A stretch of DNA of 63,650 bases, filler included, from Octopus bimaculoides (GCF_001194135.2; 7 parts of 5 records of this genome joined end to end with filler, not necessarily neighbours in it), one strand, 5' to 3'. Positions 50,133-62,990 are shown, counted from the first letter of the whole stretch. The notes: a model not told the origin generated them from the sequence alone. Made by a program: numbers and translations.

Positions 50133-50707
50133 GGATCTTTTTTAAAACGGGGGGGCCACATTTTTCATTAACGAAACACTTTGAAACTTGGAACACTGGT
50201 AGAATGTGTCATATAAAACATCTTTTTCTCTTAGTCTTCTTTAAAAAAAAAAAGAAATCCATAAGTTATTCCATGTGAAAGTTGTCGTATTTCTGTAATT
50301 TCAACCAATCACTGACGTCCATTCAGCCGATATACATTAAGTGCCGACTACATAAACAAACGATTCTGAAACAATTCTATCGGTGATAGGGTTAGGGTTA
50401 GGGTTAGGGTTAGGGTAAAACAGCAAATTTAAAAAGAAAAAAGCAAAACGAAGCTATGGAAATTAAATACGCTTTACACCGCTTAATCAGCCAAAGGAGT
50501 AAATATAAACAACTGAATACTTGTCAGTGATTGGTTGAAATTATCGAAATAAGACAATTTTTTACATGAAATAAATTCGAATACAAAAATATTTTTCTGT
50601 TCTATAACACAAAATAGATAAGTATACGAAGTTTGAAAGTCTTTCGGTACCAAAAACACTACGTAAAACATTAATGAAAAATGTGGCCCCCGTTTTAAAA
50701 AAGATCC
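50133..50707. mobile_element. 575-bp MITE with about 38-bp TIRs and a perfect 8-bp TSD (Merlin-like)
   Basis: TIR GGATCTTTTTTAAAACG5-7CCACATTTTTCATTAA at both ends; TSD GACTGAGG at 50125-50132 and 50708-50715; inner IR 50281-50318/50519-50558. Confidence 0.9.
50387..50416 (+). repeat. Interstitial (TTAGGG)4 telomere-type repeat with five GGG tracts
   Basis: tagggttagggttagggttagggttagggt. Confidence 0.95.
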
Positions 50708-51515
50708 GACTGAGGTTTGAGGGGGTCACGTTTTCTAATAAAGTTGGTTTTCGTAGGATAATAACTAAAGCTTGTTCCTTTTAGATAATTTGTGTCACAT
50801 AATGGAACCCAAGAGAGATCAAAGAGGTGTTTTGTAGTTACTATTTTACAAGTGCTGGACATTATCAGATTTAACCGTGTTTCGTATAATTTGAGAGTAT
50901 AGCAAAAATAAGTATAGTAGTGACAGTGAGACAATAAATAGGAATAATTTTAATTTCAGTAAAAATATAGTAAGATATATCGAATAGCATTAGAAATTAA
51001 CAGTTTGAGCAGTATGACAGTGACCTTTTTGTTAATGTATAATCAAAAATAACAGACACGAGATTCCGATAAGGAGTGGCTTTATCGAAGATGTTCCTAA
51101 CTTATAACGAGTCATTTCCTTAGCATAGAAACCTGTTTGGTTTTAACGGCACAAGGAAGTAGAGATTCCGTTTCACATTGACTATGGGGGAGTGTGTATG
51201 ATAAGTGAATCTTTCCTAAAGTACTGTGAGCCCTAGTAATTTCCCAGTATACTATCAGGTAGAGTAGCGTATCTTTGTAGATTATTCCTCAGGAAAACCA
51301 AAATAAACTCGCAACCAATTCATCCCACTTAGCAGATCTGTTACTAGCTCGGTATTGATGTTTAGGCTCAGGTTAAACTTGATTCAGGCGAATTCATGTA
51401 ATATATGGTATTGAAGCTGCAAAAACCACCAGCTGAACTAAAAGGTCAGCTTTGCTTTGCAGGTTCCAATTCTATCAAAGATACAATCTCAAGCACAAAC
51501 ATGTGCGTGCATACT

Positions 51516-51548
<33 letters not shown>

Positions 51549-52591
51549 GTGCTTTGCGTAAAAGTATATATACTCTATCTCTCGACTTTTGTGACGCCGC
51601 GTACATTGATATTCATTATTAGTGTGGGATGATCTGATCATTGCTTTGCTGTTTACCTTTGCTCATTGGCTGTTAATTTTCTTTCTCGTCATTTCTTTAC
51701 TTTTTTGTGGCGTCGTATTTATTTCTTTCGAATGTACTGATGAGACGTGATGCTTTTAATGTGTTTGCTGTTAATTTTTAAACCTACTGTCAATTTAATT
51801 AAAACCGTTTGCATGGTTTTTGGGCGGGGTTGCTAAGTTTGTGCTGTGACATACTTATTGCATTTGTAAATATTAATAGGATACTTTTTAAAAAAATAAA
51901 TTATGCTTTGATCAAATATAGGAAATTTTCATACCTTGTTCTTTGTAAATGTAGGCCCTGTAAGTTAGTAAAACTCATTAAGGACATAATAATTTATAGA
52001 TATGGTACTGATATTGTGTTTTATCGTGGTTGAGTGGATTTTGTAGAAAACTCACAGCCAATCAACAAATGAAAAACGGAAAACAATGAACAGAGACGAG
52101 CAATATACTGACTGTAGACCACATCAACAACTAGAAATGTAACAGCAAACTGAGTTTTAAGTATTCTACGGGAAGATCCCTTACGGAAATTTAGCTTTCA
52201 TCAACTAGCTCGCTAGTATTCAAGAAGTTTCTTGAGCTAGAATTCCTTTCGATCTTAGTGGAGTCAACAAGCAATTGTATGTGTATGATAGGTAACTAAT
52301 GTGGTAAAGCATACAGTGGAATCTTAGTGAGTGGGACGGAGAAAAGGCTGAGCAGGGAATGATGTACATTGACAAATGGCGACTAGGATGGGAGATGAAA
52401 TGAAATGGAATGTGCATTCAATAAAACGAAATATCCACCAGTAATGGATTTATTAATTCCTAATACGTTCTGGCAGATTCGAACGAAAATATCTGATCGC
52501 TGTTATATTAAGAACTAGATCATGTTAACATAAAATAAGTTTTTCTTTGATAAAATGGAACTACAGAAGAAAATTAAGAAAACAGTTTTCA

Positions 52592-53960
52592 ACTAGAAAA
52601 GCACTCGGAGAGCGCAGATCTCCGCCAAGCAGCTCATTTTCACCCATATACACGCATGCTAAAAATAGCCCAATTTCCCAAACCAACGCCGGAAAAAAAC
52701 ATAACCCCCTTGGTGGGGGTAAAAAAAAATAACACAGCCATATGAATTTTTTTTTTAAAGCCTCTAAAAACAGGAACTATCTGAAGCAGTTATAATACAT
52801 CAATGACAACAGCAAGCTAGTTTCACCATACAACTAAAAAGAAACAACAATTACCTAAAACTTGAGTGTTATACACACAACGTCTTAGTCGGAAAAGTAA
52901 CAGCCGGTTACTTGTGGACGCCGATCCTGGTTCACGTAAACATGATCTAGCAGGCTTCCAGAGTTGGTGGTGGGTTTTTGGACTAGTTGGTCGAACCCAA
53001 ACTGCTTCATAGTTGTCAAGATCTCATGGTTAGGCTAATCAAGGAGATTCATGTTGAAATCACCAAGGACGATGGTCAGATGATTCCTTGGCAAAGAACT
53101 TATCAGATGATGCAGGCTGGTGAGGAAAGGAGCAACTGGTACGGAAGGAGATCTGTAAATGGTGATGATATTGATTTTTGTTGAGGAGATGGCAACAGTC
53201 ATCACCCCACCTCCTTGGAAACAGTCATCACTCCACCTCCTCACCCCAGTGCAGCAGGCTTGTCTGCTCTAGTGATCTTCGACTGCGGTAGGATAGATGC
53301 TACTTGTTGATTCTGCTTCAAGAACGTTTCCACGAAACAAAACGCATCAACATTTTGAAGAGTGTTGTCCGCTTTCAAGTCTTGTTCATGTTCAAAGTAA
53401 GACCTGATATTGAGCTGTCTGATCTGCAGTCCTCCATGAGTAACTGTGGGAGCAGCAGAAGGCAAAGTTTCAGAAGACGTTTGCCGTCGAAGCCTGTCCA
53501 TTTCACGAACAACAGATGGACTAGTGCGGATTGTTTCGCTGCCGTTTGTCTACGTAGTTTGATCTCTTTTTTCATCAGTTTCTAGTAAGATAGATAAGCG
53601 AGTAAAATTACTAATAAAGGAACGAAAATAAACTTCGGAAACAGCAACGCCACCATAGGTTAAGTGGAAATAATGAAGGTATTTTCAAGGGAGATAATTA
53701 AAGAACGTTACATTGTAATACTTCATGTAAAGTAAATATGTAACAAATGTAAAATTCTTCATGAATCCATAACAATTCCCGGATCACTACCAAAATTTCA
53801 TCATCTGTTCCTTGTGTCATTACCAACTCTTTCTGCGAGTTTCATCAAATACCGTTTACAACTTTTTTAGTTATTTTGCACACAGAGAGACTGACAGAGG
53901 GACAGACGGACAAACCAACGCCGATCAAAACATAACCTCCTTCCTTGGCGGAGATGATTA
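52592..53960 (-). mobile_element. Helentron/Helitron2 deletion derivative or nested HINE composite
   Basis: Minus-strand 3' end GCGCTC-TCC-GAGTGC hairpin then TTTTCTAGT (ends 52592); perfect 12-bp subterminal IR ATCTCCGCCAAG (52618-52629) / CTTGGCGGAGAT (53944-53955); a second 5'-end-like motif at 52680-52722. Confidence 0.7.
52855..53535 (-). pseudogene. AP (exonuclease-endonuclease-phosphatase) endonuclease domain of Helentron type
   Basis: TSPSVVREMDRLRR...QLNIRS...FCFVETFL...GGGV...IYRSP...VLGDFNMNLLD*...QLVQKPTTNSGSLLDHVYVN...YFSD*D; frameshift from a 26-bp duplication near 53195-53245 plus two in-frame stops. Confidence 0.85.
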
Positions 53961-54215
53961 AGAATAAATAAATAAATAAAATATTATCTGGATTTTCGCT
54001 GTTCTGCGTGCAACCTATTGAAAACATTAGTCAACATAACAAGAAATAATACAGTACGATGGTACAACTATTGCGATCAGGAAAAAGGACGGTTATGCAC
54101 TTTAGCGATGTCCTTAACTATATGACAGATAGTAAAACGATAAATCTGCTCAGTCAGCAACTTGAAAGCAACAACAATAAAAAAAATAAAACAGATCTTT
54201 GTCATAAGTGAAAGA

Positions 54216-54305
54216 AGAAGCTAGCTGAGAGCGACAAGAAGCTAGCTGAGAGCGACAAGAAGCTAGCTGAGAGCGACAAGAAGCTAGCTGAGAGCGACAA
54301 GAAGC
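54216..54305. repeat. Perfect 21-bp minisatellite AGAAGCTAGCTGAGAGCGACA x4.3
   Basis: Four identical units starting at 54216, 54237, 54258 and 54279. Confidence 0.97.
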
Positions 54306-56372
54306 AAAGTAAATAGATATTCTGAGAAGGCGTAGCACAGAAGGAGAAAGGAAATACAGTGTATCGAATGCTTTATGTACATATATAGTGCAGTCTATGT
54401 GTGTGTATANNNNNNNNNNNNNNNNNNNNNNNNNNNNNNNNNNNNNNNNNNNNTTAATTAATTAANNNNNNNNNNNNNNNNNNNNNNNNNNNNNNNNNNN
54501 NNNNNNNNNTTATACACATAAACGTCCGTATTACTACCTAGTATTCTATTTTTAAGCGTTAATATATTTGACAACTTCCAAAGAACATTTTAGATAGAAA
54601 ATAATTTCTAATTTTATTGTTAGAGATTTTAAATTGTTTTTATTATTGAGCATGTCAATCATGTACATAATGGCAGTCCAATAATGCAGTATTCGTGACT
54701 AATCTGTACAGAGAGAAATTCTGTATAAGATAAGGATCAAAGTATGAGATGAGTGCAAATTGTATCACAGACTTACATATGTGGTTCTCACACGCAATTC
54801 GTATTATCTCACATAAAACGCTATAATCACAAATACATTCACTGTCATGGTCACGTTGCTTTCAGGCGGTTCCAGACATCACAGATGGTACACTAATCTG
54901 CTTATGAATTGTGAACTGCCAAAAGAAACGTATATTTCGAGACAAGAAAATCAGTTTTTGCAACAGGATAGTCGCATATCCTAGGTATGTCTCTAGATCA
55001 TTCATGGGCATACCTTATGCGTTCTATACTACTTTTTTTAATGGCACACCTAAGGAGAAATTCCATAAAAATCTTTTACTTTTGAGGCTCGCTTGATGAT
55101 GAGTTTTGTCTCATGCAGTCACCTGCTAGAAAATGCTTGGCAATGCCTGCATCTAAATCATAGTTTCAAAATGTTTTATTGTAGAACAGTAATGAATGCA
55201 TTCCTAGATATGCAGTTGGAAGTTTATCTTAGACTTTTACAAGATTATAATCTCTAACCACAATTGTTTTGCCGAACGTGAGAACATAGCTCTCAGAATT
55301 ACATTTGGCAGGATATTAATGCGAAACAAATTCAACGTATATTACGTTTGTGTATACCGAATCTCGGTAATAGTAAAAGAAAATTTTTAAAAATACGTCT
55401 GTATTTTGCGGACACAGTAACCTTCGTGATCGAATATCCATTTATTTTACAATTTCTTCTGTTTTATGTGCTGAATATAAATTCAGAGTTACTAGAAAGT
55501 ATATAAGTAAAACATTAACATAGACTTTTCTAAGTTACAAAATTAAAATTAGCAATAAACACTGTCTCAAAAGCTTCATACATCAAAGAACATGAGAAAA
55601 ATTCAGTAATATATACGTACCAACGTTACAATAAAAAATATATAAATATATGCTAATATATTTACATAGAAAAGCACTGAAGAAGAACGTGACATAAGTA
55701 ATTAATGTTTGAAAATAAAATGTTTTACATATTCGACACATGGGCAGACTGAGTTTGCTCTAATACATGTATATTTGAACACATATGTGCGTGTTGTACC
55801 TATATATATNNNNNNNNNNNNNNNNNNNNNNNNNNNNNNNNNNNNNNNNNNNNNNNNNNNNNNNNNNNNNNNNNNNNNNNNNNNNNNNNNNNNNNNNNNN
55901 NNNNNNNNNNNNNNNNNNNNNNNNNNNNNNNNNNNNNNNNNNNNNNNNNNNNNNNNNNNNNNNNNNNNNNNNNNNNNNNNNNNNNNNNNNNNNNNNNNNN
56001 NNNNNNNNNNNNNNNNNNNNNNNNNNNNNNNNNNNNNNNNNNNNNNNNNNNNNNNNNNNNNNNNNNNNNNNNNNNNNNNNNNNNNNNNNNNNNNNNNNNN
56101 NNNNNNNNNNNNNNNNNNNNNNNNNNNNNNNNNNNNNNNNNNNNNNNNNNNNNNNNNNNNNNNNNNNNNNNNNNNNNNNNNNNNNNNNNNNNNNNNNNNN
56201 NNNNNNNNNNNNNNNNNNNNNNNNNNNNNNNNNNNNNNNNNNNNNNNNNNNNNNNNNNNNNNNNNNNNNNNNNNNNNNNNNNNNNNNNNNNNNNNNNNNN
56301 NNNNNNNNNNNNNNNNNNNNNNNNNNNNNNNNNNNNNNNNNNNNNNNNNNNNNNNNNNNNNNNNNNNNNNNN

Positions 56373-56404
<32 letters not shown>

Positions 56405-56479
56405 CTCAAATGAGTTATCATTATCTTTTAAAAAATGAGAAACTGGCTAGCAAACATAATCCAAATATGCAAAATATAT

Positions 56480-56890
56480 ATTAAAAGTTACGGTACAATT
56501 TGTACCTGTTTGCTTCAGAAATGAGTTAAAACTCTCCAAAATCAAGTACTTCTCACTATGTGTAAGCACGCGCGGAGAATGTAACAAATACATTTAGAAA
56601 AACGGTTGTCCCCATTTGTAAAACTATACAGAAAGAGGACGGTAGATATCCTGGTATCACTTGATTTTGCTTTTTGTCCCGAATTGATACTTAAAGCGAA
56701 ATCGATTGATACTGAGGTGTCTACCTTTCTATTTGTAGTTTTACAAATGTGGACAAAAGTATTTCTAAATGTATTTGTTACATTCTCTGTACGTGTTTAC
56801 ACATAGTGAGAGGTACGTGGTTTTGGAGAGTTTTAACTCTTTCTTCAAGCAAACAGCAGCTATGTATTGTATCTTGACTTTTACCATACA
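56480..56890. mobile_element. Foldback palindromic element FB2
   Basis: Arms of about 200 bp around a centre near 56684; perfect 26-bp pair 56575-56600 / 56762-56787. Confidence 0.8.
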
Positions 56891-57530
56891 TATGTGTGTG
56901 TGAGTGTGTGCATGTGTGTGTTTATGTGTATGATTGAATAAATTGGAGTCAACAAGGAGTACAGTTGGACATTTATTTGTGATGACTACAATTGTTTCCA
57001 TGCAACGGAGGTCTCCAGTCTCGCAGGTGTTTGGTTATGCAACCGATTCCTTGCATTATGAGATCTAGATGTGTTTCCTCAGGTGATACAGAAATAGATA
57101 TTTTCTCCGTAAATTTTGTAAGCTTCAAGCGCATCCTTTCTGTCTGTCGTATTCTGCGTGGTACTAGTAGCCATTCAGTTTATCAAGGGATACGCTGTGT
57201 CTGAACGATTGTTGATAAACTGATTTGAATGTATGGTTGGAGCTGGAACTGCTATGTTAAAGGAATTGGCATTAGGTTTCTTTTTATTGTAGGTTTATTG
57301 TTCATGGCTGGTTACACTTGCCATTTTCCTTGGTGGAGCTTCGAGAATTCACCGGTGATTCAGCTGGTGAGTTTCCATGTATACGTATATCACTTTGTAT
57401 ATATCTACATTTATACAGTCAGTCATACACATACATGCTCACACCCACATTTACATCTATATACGTACTCATGGTGACCTCCCACAGAAAAACGCAAAGG
57501 AACATGCGCATACACACTCACATATGCATG

Positions 57531-57571
<41 letters not shown>

Positions 57572-57719
57572 ATGCATATATATATGCACTCTTTTCCCAA
57601 CATTTATACGTCAAAATCCCTAGTGCGTACTTTATACGAGGTTGAGAATGAAAAATATTTTCTCAGCAATGTCCGAGTCTCTATTTGCTGACCGGCAATG
57701 TTTAGATAAACTCAAGCAT

Positions 57720-58505
57720 TTAAAAAAAACCTCACAAAACAGATGTTGCTATAATTCCAGGACGTATGACCTCCATATTGCAGCCATTAGATGTCTCTAT
57801 TAACAATCCGATTAAAAAGAAATTGCGTGATTTATGGACTGAATGGATGTCGACTGGAGAAAAGTCGTTCACTAAAGGTGGAAGGGTTCGCGCTCCCGAC
57901 CTGATTTTGATATGCAAATGGATCGTGATTGCATGGAATGAACTTGATCCCCAGATTATTGTTAAAAGTGTTGTATATGGTCTGCACTGGATGGTACTCA
58001 GGATGACGTTGTATGGACAGATGAAATAAATGAAAGTGAATCTTCTGATGTTGACTATGAATCTGATGATGACGGAGATTTACACTAAAATGATGCTGCT
58101 ATGTTTACGGATGAACAAATGGAACAGCTATTTGATGATGAAAGTGACGTTGAATTTGAAGGATTTGAAGAAACAATTTTGCTCTTGCTTTTTGTAACTA
58201 AAAGTGATAAATATGTAAAGGCAATTTCTTAATATTTATTTTTTACTGACGTTATTACAGATATTCTTTATTTTCTACAAAGTGCACATAAAAGCTACAC
58301 GTTTGCATTATGTTATATATACAATAATAATAAAGGACGTTACCGTATATATATTTACAAACCAAGGACGTTATATAGACCTCCTTGACTCAAGTTAGAG
58401 AAGAGGTGCATATTATACATAAGGTTTAGGTTTTTCGAGGTACACCCCCCTAAAACTCCCCTGCGTATTATACTCAAGGGCGAACTTTACGCGAGGATTT
58501 ACGGT
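57720..58505 (+). mobile_element. Pogo/Tigger (DDE_1) transposon 3' half with TIR
   Basis: TDVAIIPGRMTSILQPLDVSINNPIKKKLRDLWTEWM...FTKGGRVRAPD...WIVIAWNEL...IIVKS; acidic tail; 3' end ...ttacgcgaggatttacggta-TA. Confidence 0.88.
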
Positions 58506-59299
58506 ATATNNNNNNNNNNNNNNNNNNNNNNNNNNNNNNNNNNNNNNNNNNNNNNNNNNNNNNNNNNNNNNNNNNNNNNNNNNNNNNNNNNNNNNNNNNN
58601 NNNNNNNNNNNNNNNNNNNNNNNNNNNNNNNNNNNNNNNNNNNNNNNNNNNNNNNNNNNNNNNNNNNNNNNNNNNNNNNNNNNNNNNNNNNNNNNNNNNN
58701 NNNNNNNNNNNNNNNNNNNNNNNNNNNNNNNNNNNNNNNNNNNNNNNNNNNNNNNNNNNNNNNNNNNNNNNNNNNNNNNNNNNNNNNNNNNNNNNNNNNN
58801 NNNNNNNNNNNNNNNTATATGTATGTGCGTGTGTGTGTGTGTGTGTGTCTGTGTCTGTGTACGTGTGTGTGTGTGAGTGTGTGTGTGTGTTTGTGTGTGT
58901 TTGTGTGCGTGTGTGTGTGTATATGTGTATTCATATATGTCCATACACGTAGGCACATCTATAGATAGATATATCGAAAGAGATACATTTGGCATGTAGT
59001 AATACTTCGAAGTAATTTTCTTGCCTTTATAGCACATATACATTGAATTAGAGGGAAAAGGAAAAAAGCCAAGCAGAACGAGCATCTCAAGTTATTTAGA
59101 ATAATTTAATTAATTTAAGGTGAATTTGAAAACTTACAACCGTTTCTGGGACAATCCAAGTGGTAGGCTAGGATATCATTGCACTGGGTATTCCGTCATA
59201 AGAAACAAGGTATGAATATTTTAGACAGGTAAAATTTACAGTTTACACGGAATAAGATTCGCAGTTTATAAGGAATAAAATTGAAGAACAAAAGCGTAA

Positions 59300-60052
59300 A
59301 ATAGTTAGAAGAGTATAAGCAGGAGAATAATGTTCAGAAGTCATCTTTTTCTAGAGCATATTGATGTTGGGTTTTTAGTTAAAATCCCAGGTAAATCTAG
59401 GCAGTATTTTGGCAGTATTCTGAATGATCTATTTATATTCTAAATGAGTATATAGAACGAGAATGTATGATGGACAAGAATAGGTTTTGTAAGTGGAGAC
59501 ATGAGAGAGAGAGGAGGAAGAGAGAAAGAGAGACAGGGGAAAGGATTAGAAAAAGTTAGTGGTAAAAGGGTAAAATCTAAAAATAAAATAAAAATATAAG
59601 TAGAATATAATAAAATAATAAAATCAAAAAAAGTTAATGACAAATATATCATAAAACCCATGTATGATATATCTGTCAGATATATCACAAATCCCATTTA
59701 TGATATATGTGTCATTACTTTTTATTTTATTATTTTATTATTTTAATTATTATATTTTTTTATTTGTATTTTTATTTTGTTCTTATTTTTTACCATTTTA
59801 CTACTGTTTTATTTTCTAATCCTTTTCATAAACCTACTCACAAGACCCATTTATCTCCGTCACACTTTCTAGCTCTATATACACATTTATAATATGAATA
59901 CATCATTCGGAATACTACGAAAAGACTGCCTAGATTTACCTGGGATTTTAGGTAAAAACCTGAACCTTCATGGAAGTACCGACCGACACCTACATGCTCT
60001 GGAAAAAGATAAGTTTCGAATATTATTCTCTTGTCTATATTGTTCTGACTAA
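59300..60052. mobile_element. Large spacerless palindrome FB3, at least 750 bp; right arm runs into a gap
   Basis: Centre TGATATATCTG-T-CAGATATATCA (59665-59687); perfect 25-bp pair 59381-59405 / 59925-59949. Confidence 0.8.
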
Positions 60053-60832
60053 NNNNNNNNNNNNNNNNNNNNNNNNNNNNNNNNNNNNNNNNNNNNNNNN
60101 NNNNNNNNNNNNNNNNNNNNNNNNNNNNNNNNNNNNNNNNNNNNNNNNNNNNNNNNNNNNNNNNNNNNNNNNNNNNNNNNNNNNNNNNNNNNNNGTATGT
60201 ATGCATAAATACGAACATACGTATATATGCTTACACTCTGGTTAAATACACCAATTGTTAAAACAATTACCAAGAATATTATTTAAGGAATACATGAATA
60301 ATTCGCTACTATTCCCAAAATAATACGTAAATATGGTAACTGCTTCACCAAAAGTCAGATGTCACCTCATCAACCATCTTGCTAACTTGTTTTATCACGA
60401 AGTTAAATAGTGTCCAAATTATTAAAATCTGCTGTTTACGAATAAAACACGAACTTATTTAATATTACCAAACGTGAACAGAACTATTAATACCAGTTTC
60501 ATCAACCGATAATATCGTTAACTGAGAGTATATTTTCTTTTCTCTTCTAGTTATATAAATGTATTCTTTTATTGTGAAATATGCATTTTTCATCTTTTGT
60601 ATTTATAAAATGTTCTGGATAGTATAAAATTGTTCATAAGCTCATTGGACGTTTTTTTCTCAATCTCAAGTCTTGTCCATTAAACAAATATATTCATGTA
60701 TATGACTACAGGTCACAATTTTATCCAAAAGTATTCATTATTCAGAGTGTGTATTTGATTGTAAATGTCATATATTTGTGCGTGCAAAATTTAATAAGCA
60801 TATTCTTCTGATCACATGGTGTTGGGTGAACA

Positions 60833-60885
<53 letters not shown>

Positions 60886-61014
60886 TGTATGCATGCATAC
60901 ATGCATGCAAGTATGTATGCATATATAGATTAAATCTCTATGGAGGATGAATGAAAATGTCGGAAACAAAGAATTAACCTTAAGTACGAAATGATGTTGG
61001 ATAAGTTTATATAA

Positions 61015-61632
61015 TAGATGTGGTTGTGTGGTAAGAGGCGTGCTTCTCAACCACATGTTTTCGTGTTCAATATAACAGCGTGGCACCTTGGGGAAGTGTC
61101 CTCTGCTATAGCCTCGGGCCGACCAGTGCCTTGTGAGTGGATTTGGTAGACGGAAACTGGAAAAAGTCCGTCCCATATATATATATATATATATANNNNN
61201 NNNNNNNNNNNNNNNNNNNNNNNNNNNNNNNNNNNNNNNNNNNNNNNNNNNNNNNNNNNNNNNNNNNNNNNNNNNNNNNNNNNNNNNNNNNNNNNNNNNN
61301 NNNNNNNNNNNNNNNNNNNNNNNNNNNNNNNNNNNNNNNNNNNNNNNNNNNNNNNNNNNNNNNNNNNNNNNNNNNNNNNNNNNNNNNNNNNNNNNNNNNN
61401 NNNNNTGTATATATGTATGTATTTGTGTGTCTGTGTTTGTTCCCACCACCATCAACTGACAACAGATGTTGGTGTATTTACGTCCTCATAGCTTAGTGGT
61501 TCGGCGTAAGAGACCGGTAGAATAAGTATTATGCATACAAAGAATAAACCCCTGGGGTGGATTTGTTCCATTAAAGACGCTGCTCCAGCATGGCAGCAGT
61601 CAAAACACTGAAGCAAATAAAAGAAAAGAGAA
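61015..61632 (+). mobile_element. SINE family B spanning a gap
   Basis: Head 61015-61175, tail 61420-61632. Confidence 0.88.
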
Positions 61633-62339
61633 TAAAAGTAGAACACATTTCTTTCGGTGAGTGTGACTGTTTGTAGACATACGAGGGCAGCTGAAAATTA
61701 GCGTCTTGCCCCTTTAACTAGTAATTAACATCATGATTTAACGTGTACCCCAACTCTGCCTCTTTTTATAGACAGTTAATTATGTCCAACTGACTACTAC
61801 TAATGTCTTGTTTCCTCCTTGGGGAAAAGGAATGACTATGATAACATTTATGACCACTTCTAGCCATTAGCTGTCAACTCATTCTTGTCCTTTATTCAAA
61901 ATAAACACAGTCTTCTAGTCTTAGATTTATTAGTTGATAAAGAAATAATTGATTTAGAAATGAATTACCGTATAACCCTATGACCCCATTATGCTCCATG
62001 GAATCTTAGAAGTTGTAGTATATTCTTAGCTATAATAACGACAACATGAATTTCATCCATCTTCTTGCTCTGTTGAAATATTTAAGAAAAATTATATTAA
62101 TGTGTCCTACTTGTTAAAATTCCATTTATTTATTTGTGCAGCCGAAGATGGCACTGCATTTAGATTGATGGAACGATTGCTTGTTCAATTAAATGGAGCC
62201 GTTTGAAACAGTCATGGTGCATCACTACTTGATAACATGTCGCTTATTTTGATTTTATTCACCTTCGAGCTGTGCAGATAATACCAGACTAATTGAGTGC
62301 TTCAACTTAAGTGCCTATTTCAACTGATTCTCAATCATT

Positions 62340-62344
62340 TCTTT

Positions 62345-62409
<65 letters not shown>

Positions 62410-62450
62410 ACACACACACACAGACACACGCTTATATATATATATATTAT
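62340..62450. repeat. (CTAT)n(CA)n(TA)n microsatellite
   Basis: Direct reading. Confidence 0.95.
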
Positions 62451-62699
62451 TTTATTTAAAAGAGTTCCAACTCTGTTTTTTATGTTTTTTATTNNNNNNN
62501 NNNNNNNNNNNNNNNNNNNNNNNNNNNNNNNNNNNNNTTAATTAATTAANNNNNNNNNNNNNNNNNNNNNNNNNNNNNNNNNNNNNNNNNNNNTGTTTCA
62601 TTCCTGAGTGCTTATTCTCCTACTGCAATGTCTCAATATATATCTTCTTTATATTTTTGCTTCCGAAGCCTATGTGTTTGGTTACATTGATATCACTAG

Positions 62700-62830
62700 T
62701 GCTGATGCCCTGAGAAAAACACCCACGCTTTAAAGTGGTTGGCATTAGGAATGGCATCCAGCTATAGAAATCATGCCAAATCAGACACTAAAACATTATG
62801 CAATCTTCAGGCCCATCGGCCCCTCATAAA
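62700..62830 (+). mobile_element. Family D repeat fragment
   Basis: gtggttggcattaggaatggcatccagctatagaaa. Confidence 0.5.
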
Positions 62831-62990
62831 TCATCAATTGCAACCCAACATCAAACGACAGACTTCAAATGATAACAAACGGTAAAAACAACAAAATGAT
62901 AATACAAATATAATAGATTCAGCATTTTGAAAAAATCAAACCCACTCACTGACACCATTCCTTTTATTATTATTATTATTATTTGTCCAT

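Noticed and set aside
54216-54305. CRISPR-like repetition
   Set aside because: The units are contiguous with no spacers, the context is eukaryotic, and there are no cas genes.
56990-57400. Moderately GC-rich segment that looks like decayed coding sequence
   Set aside because: I could not assign any motif in six frames; it needs TBLASTX against repeat libraries.
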